This document shows positions 1 through 8,181 of a stretch of 23,899 nucleotides of DNA, piece after piece. Source of the DNA: Bacteroidales bacterium. GTDB lineage: Bacteria > Bacteroidota > Bacteroidia > Bacteroidales > UBA12077. Both the position numbers and the translations under genes were made by a program. How positions within the stretch are numbered: the stretch's first letter is position 1; the number at the start of each line of letters is the position of its first letter. Under the pieces are notes generated by a model. That model searched no databases, was not told the origin of the DNA, and worked only from the letters and a program-made list of their open reading frames with translations. The stretch lies in assembly GCA_028282585.1 (NCBI GenBank), contig JANQHR010000059.1, positions 1-23,899 on the forward strand, in the 5' to 3' direction.

Positions 1-2561
1 ATATCACGATATTCATCAATGCTTTGTCCCGTACGGGCATTTTTAACTCTTGAATCGTATTCAGACTGACTATATTTAACCTGAGATTCGACATATGTAA
101 AATTAGCTGAAACGCTAAAATTATTAAAAGTCTCACTAATAAAACCTAGCCCTTGACGTAATTCTAATTCACCACCTATAACCTGACCATCACCAACATT
201 TCTTGGCTGAATTTGAGTTTTTTGTGTCGTTGCAAACTGGACCATCTCGATTGGATTGCTGAATTTTTTATAAAATCCGCTTAATGAGATCATTTGACCT
301 CTTTTATGGAACCATTCCCACCTTAAATCAATGTTTTGAATATCAGTACTAACTAAGTTACCGGCCCAATAAACAATATCATCGCCCGTGTTAGGATCTT
401 GTCCAATATCATCTGCCAAACCTCCAATAAACGTTGTACCCCCTACAGGGTCAAATATTTGTGCGTACGAAAGTTCTTTAAGAGATGGTCTGGCAATTGT
501 GTTAGAGTACGATAAGCGCAGATTCATATCTTCACTTAAACTATAAATAAGGTTTACAGACGGGAAGAAATTTAGTTCATCAAGTACTTTATCATTGTCA
601 AGTACGTTTTCCTGTCGTTGATCAGTACCAGTATACCTTTGAACATAATTTTCTGCTCTAACTCCAAGTATAGTTTTTAAATTTTTAAGAATATTTACTT
701 CACCTGAGATATATCCAGCTATGTAATTTACGTTGGCATCAAATTTATTTACGTTATCCGGAATAAAGTTTGGTTCAATAGTTGTTCCTCTATTAATATC
801 ATCCTGATAAGGCCATAAATTCTCATTAGAAAATAATTCATCAGGATCTCCTGTTAAAGGAATATTTCTTACGTTAATTGCAAATGTGCGAACATTAAAG
901 TTTCTTTCTTTGTACGTATACGCTCCACCAAATTTTAACCTGGCATCTTGTCCATTAAACTTAAACCTTTTAGTAAAATGAAGAACACCACCTAAGTTCA
1001 TTTCATCCAGTTCTCTCCATGTTCTTTCCGGGAAGCCGGTTTCTGTTCCAATTTCTAAACCGCTTGGTCTATAAGCATATCTTGTAAATCTAATATCAGG
1101 ATCTTCTATTTTAGATAAAGTTGGTGACAGTTTCCAAACAATCTCCCATTTAGACTCTTCGAAACGGTGCTTTCCGTCAATTAATAAATTTGTAAGCGAT
1201 CTCTGTGAATACAGAAGTGTATGTTGGAATGCTTCAAAGTCACTACCTGCATCTCTACTAATAAAATCAAAAATACCTGCAGAAGATTCTCCATTTTGTA
1301 AGTGAATTAAGTTAATTCTATATTTAGAGCTTTTAGTTTTAACGGCAAATCCTACAAGCCCATTTAAAAATACATTATTTATCCCATACGATCCATTTGA
1401 AGTATTATCAATAATTAGCTCATTTTCACTTAAATCAGGGGATTGAGCGTATTTTTCAAATTTAGCTTTTTCGTAAAATTCAGTATTGTTTTTATATGAG
1501 AATGCAATATTATAACCAATTGTAACTTTTTCAAGAAGTTTTTGGTTTCCAAATGAAACACCAAAATCATAATCCATTAGACTTGTTTCTTTTATTGCAG
1601 CCATATAAGGACTAAAATTGCCTAAAATTTCTTTGTATCGAAGGGAATTTTCTCCCATCGGATCATTTTCAAGTAACAGGTCATTATATGTTGGTATATT
1701 AGAATTAGCAGGAATATCTCTTGTGCCATCATCAAAACCTAAAAAGTCAGTACTTCCGCCTTCATAAGTTAGATAATTATTATTGAAGTGAAAATTTGAA
1801 TTATATCCTGCACCAACCGAAATGCTTCCTTGCTTTTCTTCAGGGAAGTCTTTTAATTCTATATCTACAACGCCTCCGGTAAAGTCAGCAGGAAGTTCCG
1901 CACTAAAAGATTTATGAACAATAATATTATCAATTATATTGGTTGGAAAGATATCCATTTGTATGGTATTCCTGTCAGGATCTAACCCTGGTACGTCAAC
2001 ACCATTCAAGACCGTTTTTGTGTAACGGTCTCCTAGCCCTCTAACATAAACATATTTACCATTAGTAACTGAAACACCAGTAACTCTTTTAATTGAAGAA
2101 GCCGCATCAGAGTCACCAGTTTTTCTAAGGCTAGCAGCAGAGATACCATCAAATACATTTGGAGATTTTTGTTTTAAAGCAAGCAAGGCTGTTTCAGTAT
2201 TTCTTATGGCTTGGGCAGTAACTACTGCGCTAGCAATTTCGAATGTTGCTTCTTTTAGTCCTATATCATTTATTAAGGTCACTTCATCCATTTCAACCTT
2301 TAATCCTTCCACAACAACGGTTTCATATGAAATAAATGAAATTTTTAAATTATATGTACCAGGTGCACATGGAAGACTGAATTTTCCATCGAGATCTGTA
2401 ATGGTTCCGTGTGAAATTGATTCAATATATATGGTAACTCCAGGAAGGTACTCACCGGTAGTTCCATCAAATACAGTTCCTCTAATAATCCCACTTTGAG
2501 AAAAAGAAACTACACTCATAGTTATGAATAGGAATAAAAGTAAAAATTTTAGTTTGTTCAT
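1..2561 (-). CDS. TonB-dependent outer-membrane receptor with N-terminal carboxypeptidase-regulatory-like domain (partial; 3' end lies beyond the left edge)
   Basis: Not in the ORF track because it has no stop in the window. Read by hand from ATG at 2561: MNKLKFLLLFLFITMSVVSFSQ (signal peptide), SGIIRGTVFDGTTGEYLPGVTIYI..GTITDLDGKFSL (CarboxypepD_reg-like), then plug motifs GDSDAASSIKRVTGVSV..GKYVYVRGLGDRY..DIFPTNIIDNIIVHKSFSAELPADFTGGVVDI, followed by beta-barrel-like strands. Confidence 0.93.
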   Translation of the reverse strand, partial: MNKLKFLLLFLFITMSVVSFSQSGIIRGTVFDGTTGEYLPGVTIYIESISHGTITDLDGKFSLPCAPGTYNLKISFISYETVVVEGLKVEMDEVTLINDIGLKEATFEIASAVVTAQAIRNTETALLALKQKSPNVFDGISAASLRKTGDSDAASSIKRVTGVSVTNGKYVYVRGLGDRYTKTVLNGVDVPGLDPDRNTIQMDIFPTNIIDNIIVHKSFSAELPADFTGGVVDIELKDFPEEKQGSISVGAGYNSNFHFNNNYLTYEGGSTDFLGFDDGTRDIPANSNIPTYNDLLLENDPMGENSLRYKEILGNFSPYMAAIKETSLMDYDFGVSFGNQKLLEKVTIGYNIAFSYKNNTEFYEKAKFEKYAQSPDLSENELIIDNTSNGSYGINNVFLNGLVGFAVKTKSSKYRINLIHLQNGESSAGIFDFISRDAGSDFEAFQHTLLYSQRSLTNLLIDGKHRFEESKWEIVWKLSPTLSKIEDPDIRFTRYAYRPSGLEIGTETGFPERTWRELDEMNLGGVLHFTKRFKFNGQDARLKFGGAYTYKERNFNVRTFAINVRNIPLTGDPDELFSNENLWPYQDDINRGTTIEPNFIPDNVNKFDANVNYIAGYISGEVNILKNLKTILGVRAENYVQRYTGTDQRQENVLDNDKVLDELNFFPSVNLIYSLSEDMNLRLSYSNTIARPSLKELSYAQIFDPVGGTTFIGGLADDIGQDPNTGDDIVYWAGNLVSTDIQNIDLRWEWFHKRGQMISLSGFYKKFSNPIEMVQFATTQKTQIQPRNVGDGQVIGGELELRQGLGFISETFNNFSVSANFTYVESQVKYSQSEYDSRVKNARTGQSIDEYRD

Positions 2562-2593
2562 AGCTTAAAATTGTGATTCGTATTATTAAATTA

Positions 2594-2623
2594 AAACTCG
2601 CAGGTTTACCAACCTGCGAGTTT
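2594..2623 (-). terminator. Intergenic stem-loop (terminator, attenuator or mRNA-stabilising hairpin) between the lipoprotein and TBDR genes
   Basis: Perfect 13-bp inverted repeat AAACTCGCAGGTT-tacc-AACCTGCGAGTTT, ending in and followed by a T-rich run on the minus strand. Confidence 0.75.
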
Positions 2624-2651
2624 GATATTTAAAAAAGATTCTTTTTTATTA

Positions 2652-4421
2652 TTAGAAATCAGCTAATTGACCGTTTGCATCAGCAAAAGTCCAACCCATA
2701 AATTCAGATTTATCTGCACCTACAGTGTTATTTCCATCAGTTACAGCTGTAACAAAATCAACGCCAGCTGGGAAGTGATCAGCAATTGTATTAGCTCCAG
2801 GTAATACAATTTCGAAATTAGTCATTGAATTAGTAACAGTAGGTAATTGATCATAAGTTTGTAGAATAGTTGTACTAAGGTCAAAGAAGAAAATGTTGTT
2901 CATATCAACATTAGTGTTGTCATCATTGTCAACTAAACCTTCAGAATCTGCAACCTTAACTGAGAAATTAGAAATAGTATAATTACCATTTACATAGTCA
3001 GCTTCTGGTCCGTCAAGTTCGAATGGCTTGTCACCAGCTTCGATAATAATACCATTATCAACAGTACCGTTCCATGCTTGGTCACCATCAATTGCATCGT
3101 CACCATTAGCCCAAACAAGAGCATTTGACACATCAACAGTACCACCGAAGAATTCGATTCCATCATCTTGATTAGCGATAATCTCAACATGTGAAATTGT
3201 AGTTCCTGAACCAACACCACCTAAAGTTAAACCGTTAATTTCGTTACCTTCACCAATATTTGTTCCAGCGTGACGGATTGAAATATAAGTAATTGTTCCT
3301 GAGTTATCAGCTTCAACTGTTCCACCATATTTACCATTTTCATCATCAGCAGGAATACCTTCAATAGCAGCTTCTGAACCAGCAACTGCACCACCACCTT
3401 TAGGAGAAATAGGAGCATTACCTAAAATAATAACACCACCCCAAGTACCGTTAGTAGCTTCAGTTAAGTTAGGGCTATTAATTTGACCAGGAACAAGCAG
3501 GTCAGAAGTAGAAGTAAAGATAATAGGATCTGTAGCAGTTCCTTGAGCCATTAACATACCACCTCTGGCAACTAATAATGCAGTTGCATTTGCACCTGTA
3601 CCAGGTTGTCCTTTAATAACTGTACCAGCTTCAATAGTTAAAGTAGCTCCGTCAAGAACTGTTACTCTATTCCCAAGTTCGTAAATTGTATCAGCATACC
3701 AAGTAGTATTTGCTTCAATATTTCCACCTACAACTAATACTGGAATAGCAGGAGCTTCAACTGTAAGAGTATGATTAGCTGTAGCTATATCACCATCAGA
3801 ATCTGTAGCTGTGAATACAAATTCAATTTCGGTACTTGCCTGAGCAATAGTAGTAGGATATTCAAAATTAACTACCTGACCATCTGTTGTAATGTCAACT
3901 GGAGTTAAAGCTTCACCGTTAGCAGTAATAGCTAAAGTACCAGGAACATCTTCCATAGTAATAGTAGCTGCAACTGGTCCTAATGTTGACTCTGCTACAA
4001 CAGATGCTGTTGCAGGGATTCCAGCAATTGCAGGAACCGGTGAATCGGAAATTGATAATACAGCTGTGTTAAGTCCTGTGTTACCATCATTATCCGTAAC
4101 AGTTAATGTAACAGATCCAGCACCTGAAGTAGTACCAGCTGTGAAAGAAACTACGATGTTACCTGAAGCAGCACCAGCAGTACCATCAGTCGTAACAGAA
4201 ACAGTACCACCTGTAGCAACGGCATTACTTGAAGCGAAACCTGCTTCTGCAGTGTAAGCGAAAGTAATGTCAACGCTATTTCCAACCTGAACTGATTGAG
4301 TAGTTGGTTGATCAACAGTAGGATTAGCTTTCGGATCGTCGTCATCGTCATCACATGATGTAAATGCAATTGTTAATGCTGCTAAAACTGCAGCGGTTAA
4401 TTTTAAATAACGTTTTTTCAT
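2652..4421 (-). CDS. Surface lipoprotein with two Ig/PKD-like domains and a C-terminal beta-helix-like domain; likely TBDR partner
   Basis: Signal peptide II ending AFTSC (Cys23) followed by DDDDDD. Two beta-rich T/A/V/G repeats with TVTDNDG and TATDSDG. Conserved-looking C-terminal motifs WGGVIILGNAPI, DNSGTITYISIRHAG, NEINGLTLGGVGSGT, DDGIEFFGGTV. Strong GCT/GCA/GGT/ACT codon bias. Confidence 0.85.
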   Translation of the reverse strand: MKKRYLKLTAAVLAALTIAFTSCDDDDDDPKANPTVDQPTTQSVQVGNSVDITFAYTAEAGFASSNAVATGGTVSVTTDGTAGAASGNIVVSFTAGTTSGAGSVTLTVTDNDGNTGLNTAVLSISDSPVPAIAGIPATASVVAESTLGPVAATITMEDVPGTLAITANGEALTPVDITTDGQVVNFEYPTTIAQASTEIEFVFTATDSDGDIATANHTLTVEAPAIPVLVVGGNIEANTTWYADTIYELGNRVTVLDGATLTIEAGTVIKGQPGTGANATALLVARGGMLMAQGTATDPIIFTSTSDLLVPGQINSPNLTEATNGTWGGVIILGNAPISPKGGGAVAGSEAAIEGIPADDENGKYGGTVEADNSGTITYISIRHAGTNIGEGNEINGLTLGGVGSGTTISHVEIIANQDDGIEFFGGTVDVSNALVWANGDDAIDGDQAWNGTVDNGIIIEAGDKPFELDGPEADYVNGNYTISNFSVKVADSEGLVDNDDNTNVDMNNIFFFDLSTTILQTYDQLPTVTNSMTNFEIVLPGANTIADHFPAGVDFVTAVTDGNNTVGADKSEFMGWTFADANGQLADF

Positions 4422-4560
4422 TTTGAATTTGATTTTGGTTTATTAAAAGATTTGTTTCTTTTTTATTTTTAAAAGTTACTATGCAAAGAAAAGTTGAGAA
4501 AAATGAATACTTATTATATGAATTTTAATCTTATGTTAATTAATAGCTTGTTATTTTTTT

Positions 4561-4588
4561 TGTTAACTTTATATTAATATTGATTTAA
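4561..4588. promoter_or_regulatory. Candidate OmpR/PhoB-type operator (11-bp periodic TTAA repeats) in the divergent lipoprotein/regulator promoter region
   Basis: TGTTAA (4561), TATTAA (4572) and ATTTAA (4583) at 11-bp spacing. The 18-mer TGTTAACT-N3-TATTAAT recurs at 7990. Confidence 0.45.
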
Positions 4589-4658
4589 ACATATTTTATA
4601 TTTGAATCTGCAATATTATTGTACTTTAGCGCTTTAAGATTTAATTAAAACTTAGACA

Positions 4659-5357
4659 ATGAATAATAAAGATTTTAAAATACTTCTTGTTGATGACGAA
4701 CCGGATATTCTTGAATTCTTAAGTTATAATATCAACAAGGAAGGCTTTGAAGTTCATACTGCCCAAAATGGTAAAGAGGCCATTGATAAAGCCGGTAAAA
4801 TTAATCCTCATTTAATATTATTAGATGTTATGATGCCGGAAATGGACGGAATAGAAACGTGCGAAGCTCTTAGACAAGATAAAAAACTTCAAAATACTAT
4901 AATAGCTTTTTTAACAGCTCGAGGTGAGGATTATTCTCAAATTGCCGGTTTTGATGCAGGAGGAGATGATTATATTACAAAGCCTGTAAAGCCAAAAGTA
5001 CTTATTAGCAGGATAAAAGCATTGCTAAAAAGATTTAAATCTACAACAGGAGAAGAAAGAAATGGGGAGGAGCTAATTATAAAACAATCGAATTTGGTAA
5101 TAGATAAGGAAAGATATATTGTAATTAAAGAAGGCGAAGAGTTAATACTACCAAAGAAAGAATTTGAGTTATTAGTATTATTGATCTCAAAACCGGATAG
5201 AGTGTTTACAAGAGATGAAATATTTAGTTCAGTATGGGGAGACAATATAATTGTTGGTGATAGAACAATTGATGTTCATATAAGAAAACTTCGAGAAAAA
5301 ATTGGAGATAAGCATATAAAAACTATAAAAGGTGTAGGATATAAGTTTGTTGACTAA
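4659..5357 (+). CDS. OmpR/PhoB-family DNA-binding response regulator (PhoB/PhoP-like)
   Basis: Receiver domain ILLVDDE..LLDVMMPEMDG..FLTA..GGDDYITKP. Winged helix KEFELL..VFTRDEI..VWG..DRTIDVHIRKLREK..IKTIKGVGYKF. The phosphate role is inferred from context. Confidence 0.95.
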   Translation: MNNKDFKILLVDDEPDILEFLSYNINKEGFEVHTAQNGKEAIDKAGKINPHLILLDVMMPEMDGIETCEALRQDKKLQNTIIAFLTARGEDYSQIAGFDAGGDDYITKPVKPKVLISRIKALLKRFKSTTGEERNGEELIIKQSNLVIDKERYIVIKEGEELILPKKEFELLVLLISKPDRVFTRDEIFSSVWGDNIIVGDRTIDVHIRKLREKIGDKHIKTIKGVGYKFVD

Positions 5358-5373
5358 AAGATATTTATAAATT

Positions 5374-5402
5374 AAAAAGCTCGGATAATTTCCGAGCTTT
5401 TT
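5374..5402. terminator. Bidirectional intrinsic terminator between the convergent regulator and PiT genes
   Basis: AAAAAGCTCGGA-taatt-TCCGAGCTTTTT, a 12-bp stem with A and T tracts on both sides. Confidence 0.85.
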
Positions 5403-5420
5403 TGTTAAAACCAGTATTAT

Positions 5421-7901
5421 TTAATTATTATTTTGGTAATCAACAAAATCCCTTTGTGATTTTATTAAATTAATGGATTGTAGTAAAAAGTTTTTGATCT
5501 CATTCAGAATTCCTAAATATAAAATACTATTTCTTGTACCTGCTTCATTTTTCTTAATACGCTTAATCTGATTTTTACGGCATTGTTTAACAGTATCTAA
5601 TATTTCTTGTTGTTTCTCAATTAATTCTGGGACGTTTTCAAATTCATTTTGCTTAATTGTATGTATCATCAAAACAAACAATTCATTTACTAAATCCTTT
5701 AGTTTGTTCAATTCACTAATCTGATCATTCAATAAAGGTTTATGATTATTATCAATATGATTATAACTTGGTGTAGATATAAATTTTAAGGCATGAGCCA
5801 TTTCTCTTAAATAATCAATCACTTGCACATAAAAGTGCCCGGTTTCACCGTCCTCTTCTTGTAATCTTAATAAAGTATAGTGAAGATGTGATTTGAGGTA
5901 TTTAGTTTCATAGTTAAGTGAGTCAACATCTTTGCAAACTTTTCTTAAATCTCTTCTATTTTCTTTTGTTAATCCATTAATCGTATCACTAAATATTTTA
6001 ACAACCGATTGAAGCATGTTTCCAACTTCTGCAGAACATTTTCCAATAATATTTTCAATTCCAAGTTCTTCATCAGCAAGTTTTTTAGCTTTTTTAATTT
6101 CTGCTTCTTTTCTTTTGAAAGATATATGTGTTCTTGTAACGGTAAAGAGTGCAATTAAAGCAAATCCAACTATTGCATAAATTCCTCCCCAGTTTATAAT
6201 TAATGCAATGATCATTGCAACTGTAAAAGCGGTTATTGCTGTCATAAACCAGCCCCCAATAACAGTAATAACCCCGGTTATTCTATATACAGCACTTTCT
6301 CTACCCCATGCTTTATCGGAAAGAGATGATCCCATTGCAACCATAAATGTTACATATGTCGTTGATAACGGTAATTTCATTGAAGTTGCAATTGAGATTA
6401 AAATACTAGCAACTACCAAATTTACAGAAGCCCTAACCATATCAAACGAGGGAGCGTCTTTATCATTTTTTAAACTTTCTTGATATTCTTCCGAGTCAAA
6501 TCTTTTTTCAATAAAACTTTTAATTGAATTAGGTACTATTTTACTAAGAGATTTACTTACATCAACGGATCCTCTGACAATTGCTCTTGATAGCATGGTT
6601 GACCCAAATTTTTCATCTCCAGAACCTTGTCTACTAAGATCAATTGATGTTTTAACCACGGATCTTGCTTTTTTAGATAACCATAACGTAATTACCATTA
6701 CCAGACCAGCAATTAAAAGCAAATAAGTATTGGCTTTGGCTTTACCTGTAAGAGCAACCATTAGGAATCCATCAGGATCGGCCCCGGGTTCAGCTATAAA
6801 AGCCTGATATGATTTTAGTCCAGCTAATGGAACTCCTATGAAATTTACGAGGTCGTTTCCTGCAAATGCCATAGCGAGTGCAAATGTTCCTATAATCACT
6901 ACTAGTTTCAAAATTTTTAATCGGAATATTGAATGCAGTAATTGTACTATTAACGAAAAGCCGAGAAAGCTTATCAATAAAATTTGAATTAAATAGTATT
7001 TTACGTAATGCACCATTGTTAATGGTATCATATGGCCTGCATCATAGCTTTGTTTTGCCCAATTTTCAAATTGAGAAAAACCAGTCTTAAATGTTCCTTC
7101 TGTATAACCCTTTAATTTTTCTCCCCACATGGCTAGTTCTGAACCGACTTCAAAATTTCCCAAAGTGCTTATCAATGATTTGAAACCACTAAAGTTTTGT
7201 TTTCCCAGAAAAGCAGTCCAATCTTGAAGTGAAATTGTTGAAACTATATTATCAGCATAAACTGACCCCTTAAGGCCTTTGATTAATATGAAATAAGTTA
7301 TCGATGTAATAGCAATACCTCCAAAAATTCCACCAAAATATCTAATTGTTTTGGTATAATTAAAAGTAAAAACCAATCTGGAAATCCACATTACAATTGC
7401 CCCAACAGTAAAAGCAATTACTACTGAAAGTAGTATTCCTGATATAATACCAAGTGCGCTGGCTGAATTTATATAGTAACTTAAGTCAGTAATTGATTGC
7501 CCTAGCTCTTTAATTTTTACTAATGAAATTGCAACGGATGCACCTAACAACTCAAAAACTATTGAAACAGTAGTTGATGTTGGTAATCCCAAGGTATTAA
7601 ATACATCTAGCAATACAACATCCGTTAACATTACTGCTAAAAAAATGATCATAATTTCATTAAAGTAAAATTTATCCGGATGAAAAATTCCACTTCTTGC
7701 AACTTCCATCATGCCACTGGAGAATGTTGTTCCAACTATAATACCTATACTTGCTATAATCATAATAACAAAATATGGTGCAACCTTGGCTCCAATTGCA
7801 GAATTTAGAAAATTAACTGCATCATTACTTACGCCTACAATCAAATCGGAAATAGCTAATGCAAAGAGAATTACAACCAGAGAAATATAGATAGCTTCCA
7901 T
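5421..7901 (-). CDS. Inorganic phosphate transporter, PiT/PHO4 family, long form with C-terminal helical PhoU-like region
   Basis: Duplicated PiT signatures GVSNDAVNFL..GLPTSTT and AGNDLVNFIG..KLPLSTT, many TM helices, and a roughly 230-aa soluble helical C-terminus. Confidence 0.9.
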   Translation of the reverse strand: MEAIYISLVVILFALAISDLIVGVSNDAVNFLNSAIGAKVAPYFVIMIIASIGIIVGTTFSSGMMEVARSGIFHPDKFYFNEIMIIFLAVMLTDVVLLDVFNTLGLPTSTTVSIVFELLGASVAISLVKIKELGQSITDLSYYINSASALGIISGILLSVVIAFTVGAIVMWISRLVFTFNYTKTIRYFGGIFGGIAITSITYFILIKGLKGSVYADNIVSTISLQDWTAFLGKQNFSGFKSLISTLGNFEVGSELAMWGEKLKGYTEGTFKTGFSQFENWAKQSYDAGHMIPLTMVHYVKYYLIQILLISFLGFSLIVQLLHSIFRLKILKLVVIIGTFALAMAFAGNDLVNFIGVPLAGLKSYQAFIAEPGADPDGFLMVALTGKAKANTYLLLIAGLVMVITLWLSKKARSVVKTSIDLSRQGSGDEKFGSTMLSRAIVRGSVDVSKSLSKIVPNSIKSFIEKRFDSEEYQESLKNDKDAPSFDMVRASVNLVVASILISIATSMKLPLSTTYVTFMVAMGSSLSDKAWGRESAVYRITGVITVIGGWFMTAITAFTVAMIIALIINWGGIYAIVGFALIALFTVTRTHISFKRKEAEIKKAKKLADEELGIENIIGKCSAEVGNMLQSVVKIFSDTINGLTKENRRDLRKVCKDVDSLNYETKYLKSHLHYTLLRLQEEDGETGHFYVQVIDYLREMAHALKFISTPSYNHIDNNHKPLLNDQISELNKLKDLVNELFVLMIHTIKQNEFENVPELIEKQQEILDTVKQCRKNQIKRIKKNEAGTRNSILYLGILNEIKNFLLQSINLIKSQRDFVDYQNNN

Positions 7902-7967
7902 TTATGCTTTCAATTTTAATTTTGGGTTAAAAGTAGATATACAAAAGATTTGAAATAAGAAGATTTG

Positions 7968-8007
7968 TTTTAAGTTTTAATTAAATCAATGTTAACTGAT
8001 TATTAAT
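7968..8007. promoter_or_regulatory. Candidate OmpR/PhoB-type operator upstream of the PiT gene
   Basis: TTAA cores at 7970, 7981, 7992 and 8003 (exact 11-bp period). 7990-8007 TGTTAACTGATTATTAAT is 15/18 identical to 4561-4578. Confidence 0.45.
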
Positions 8008-8181
8008 CGGAATAATTCTTATATTTAATATAATACAACTTTAGAAAATTGTACCAAATATAATTTATTACTGAAGATTTTTAATAACTATTTTTTTGTT
8101 TTTTAATTAATAACCTTAACTTTAACTTTTAGATAATAGGAAATTAGCCTTATATACGAAGCCCAGCTATTAATAAGTTTT

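Noticed and set aside
2206-2499. 97-aa + strand ORF
   Set aside because: Antisense shadow of the TBDR N-terminus, which has clear family motifs.
4335-4352. GAT/GAC trinucleotide run encoding six Asp
   Set aside because: Mixed codons show selection on the protein (export signal) rather than a slippage microsatellite.
2990-4369. Small ORFs 2990-3220, 3227-3418, 3892-4257 and 4151-4369
   Set aside because: Alternate-frame or antisense by-products of the strongly biased codon usage of the lipoprotein gene; no motifs.
4970-6483. ORFs 4970-5245, 5969-6154 and 6208-6483
   Set aside because: Fully inside the regulator or PiT genes, in shadow frames.
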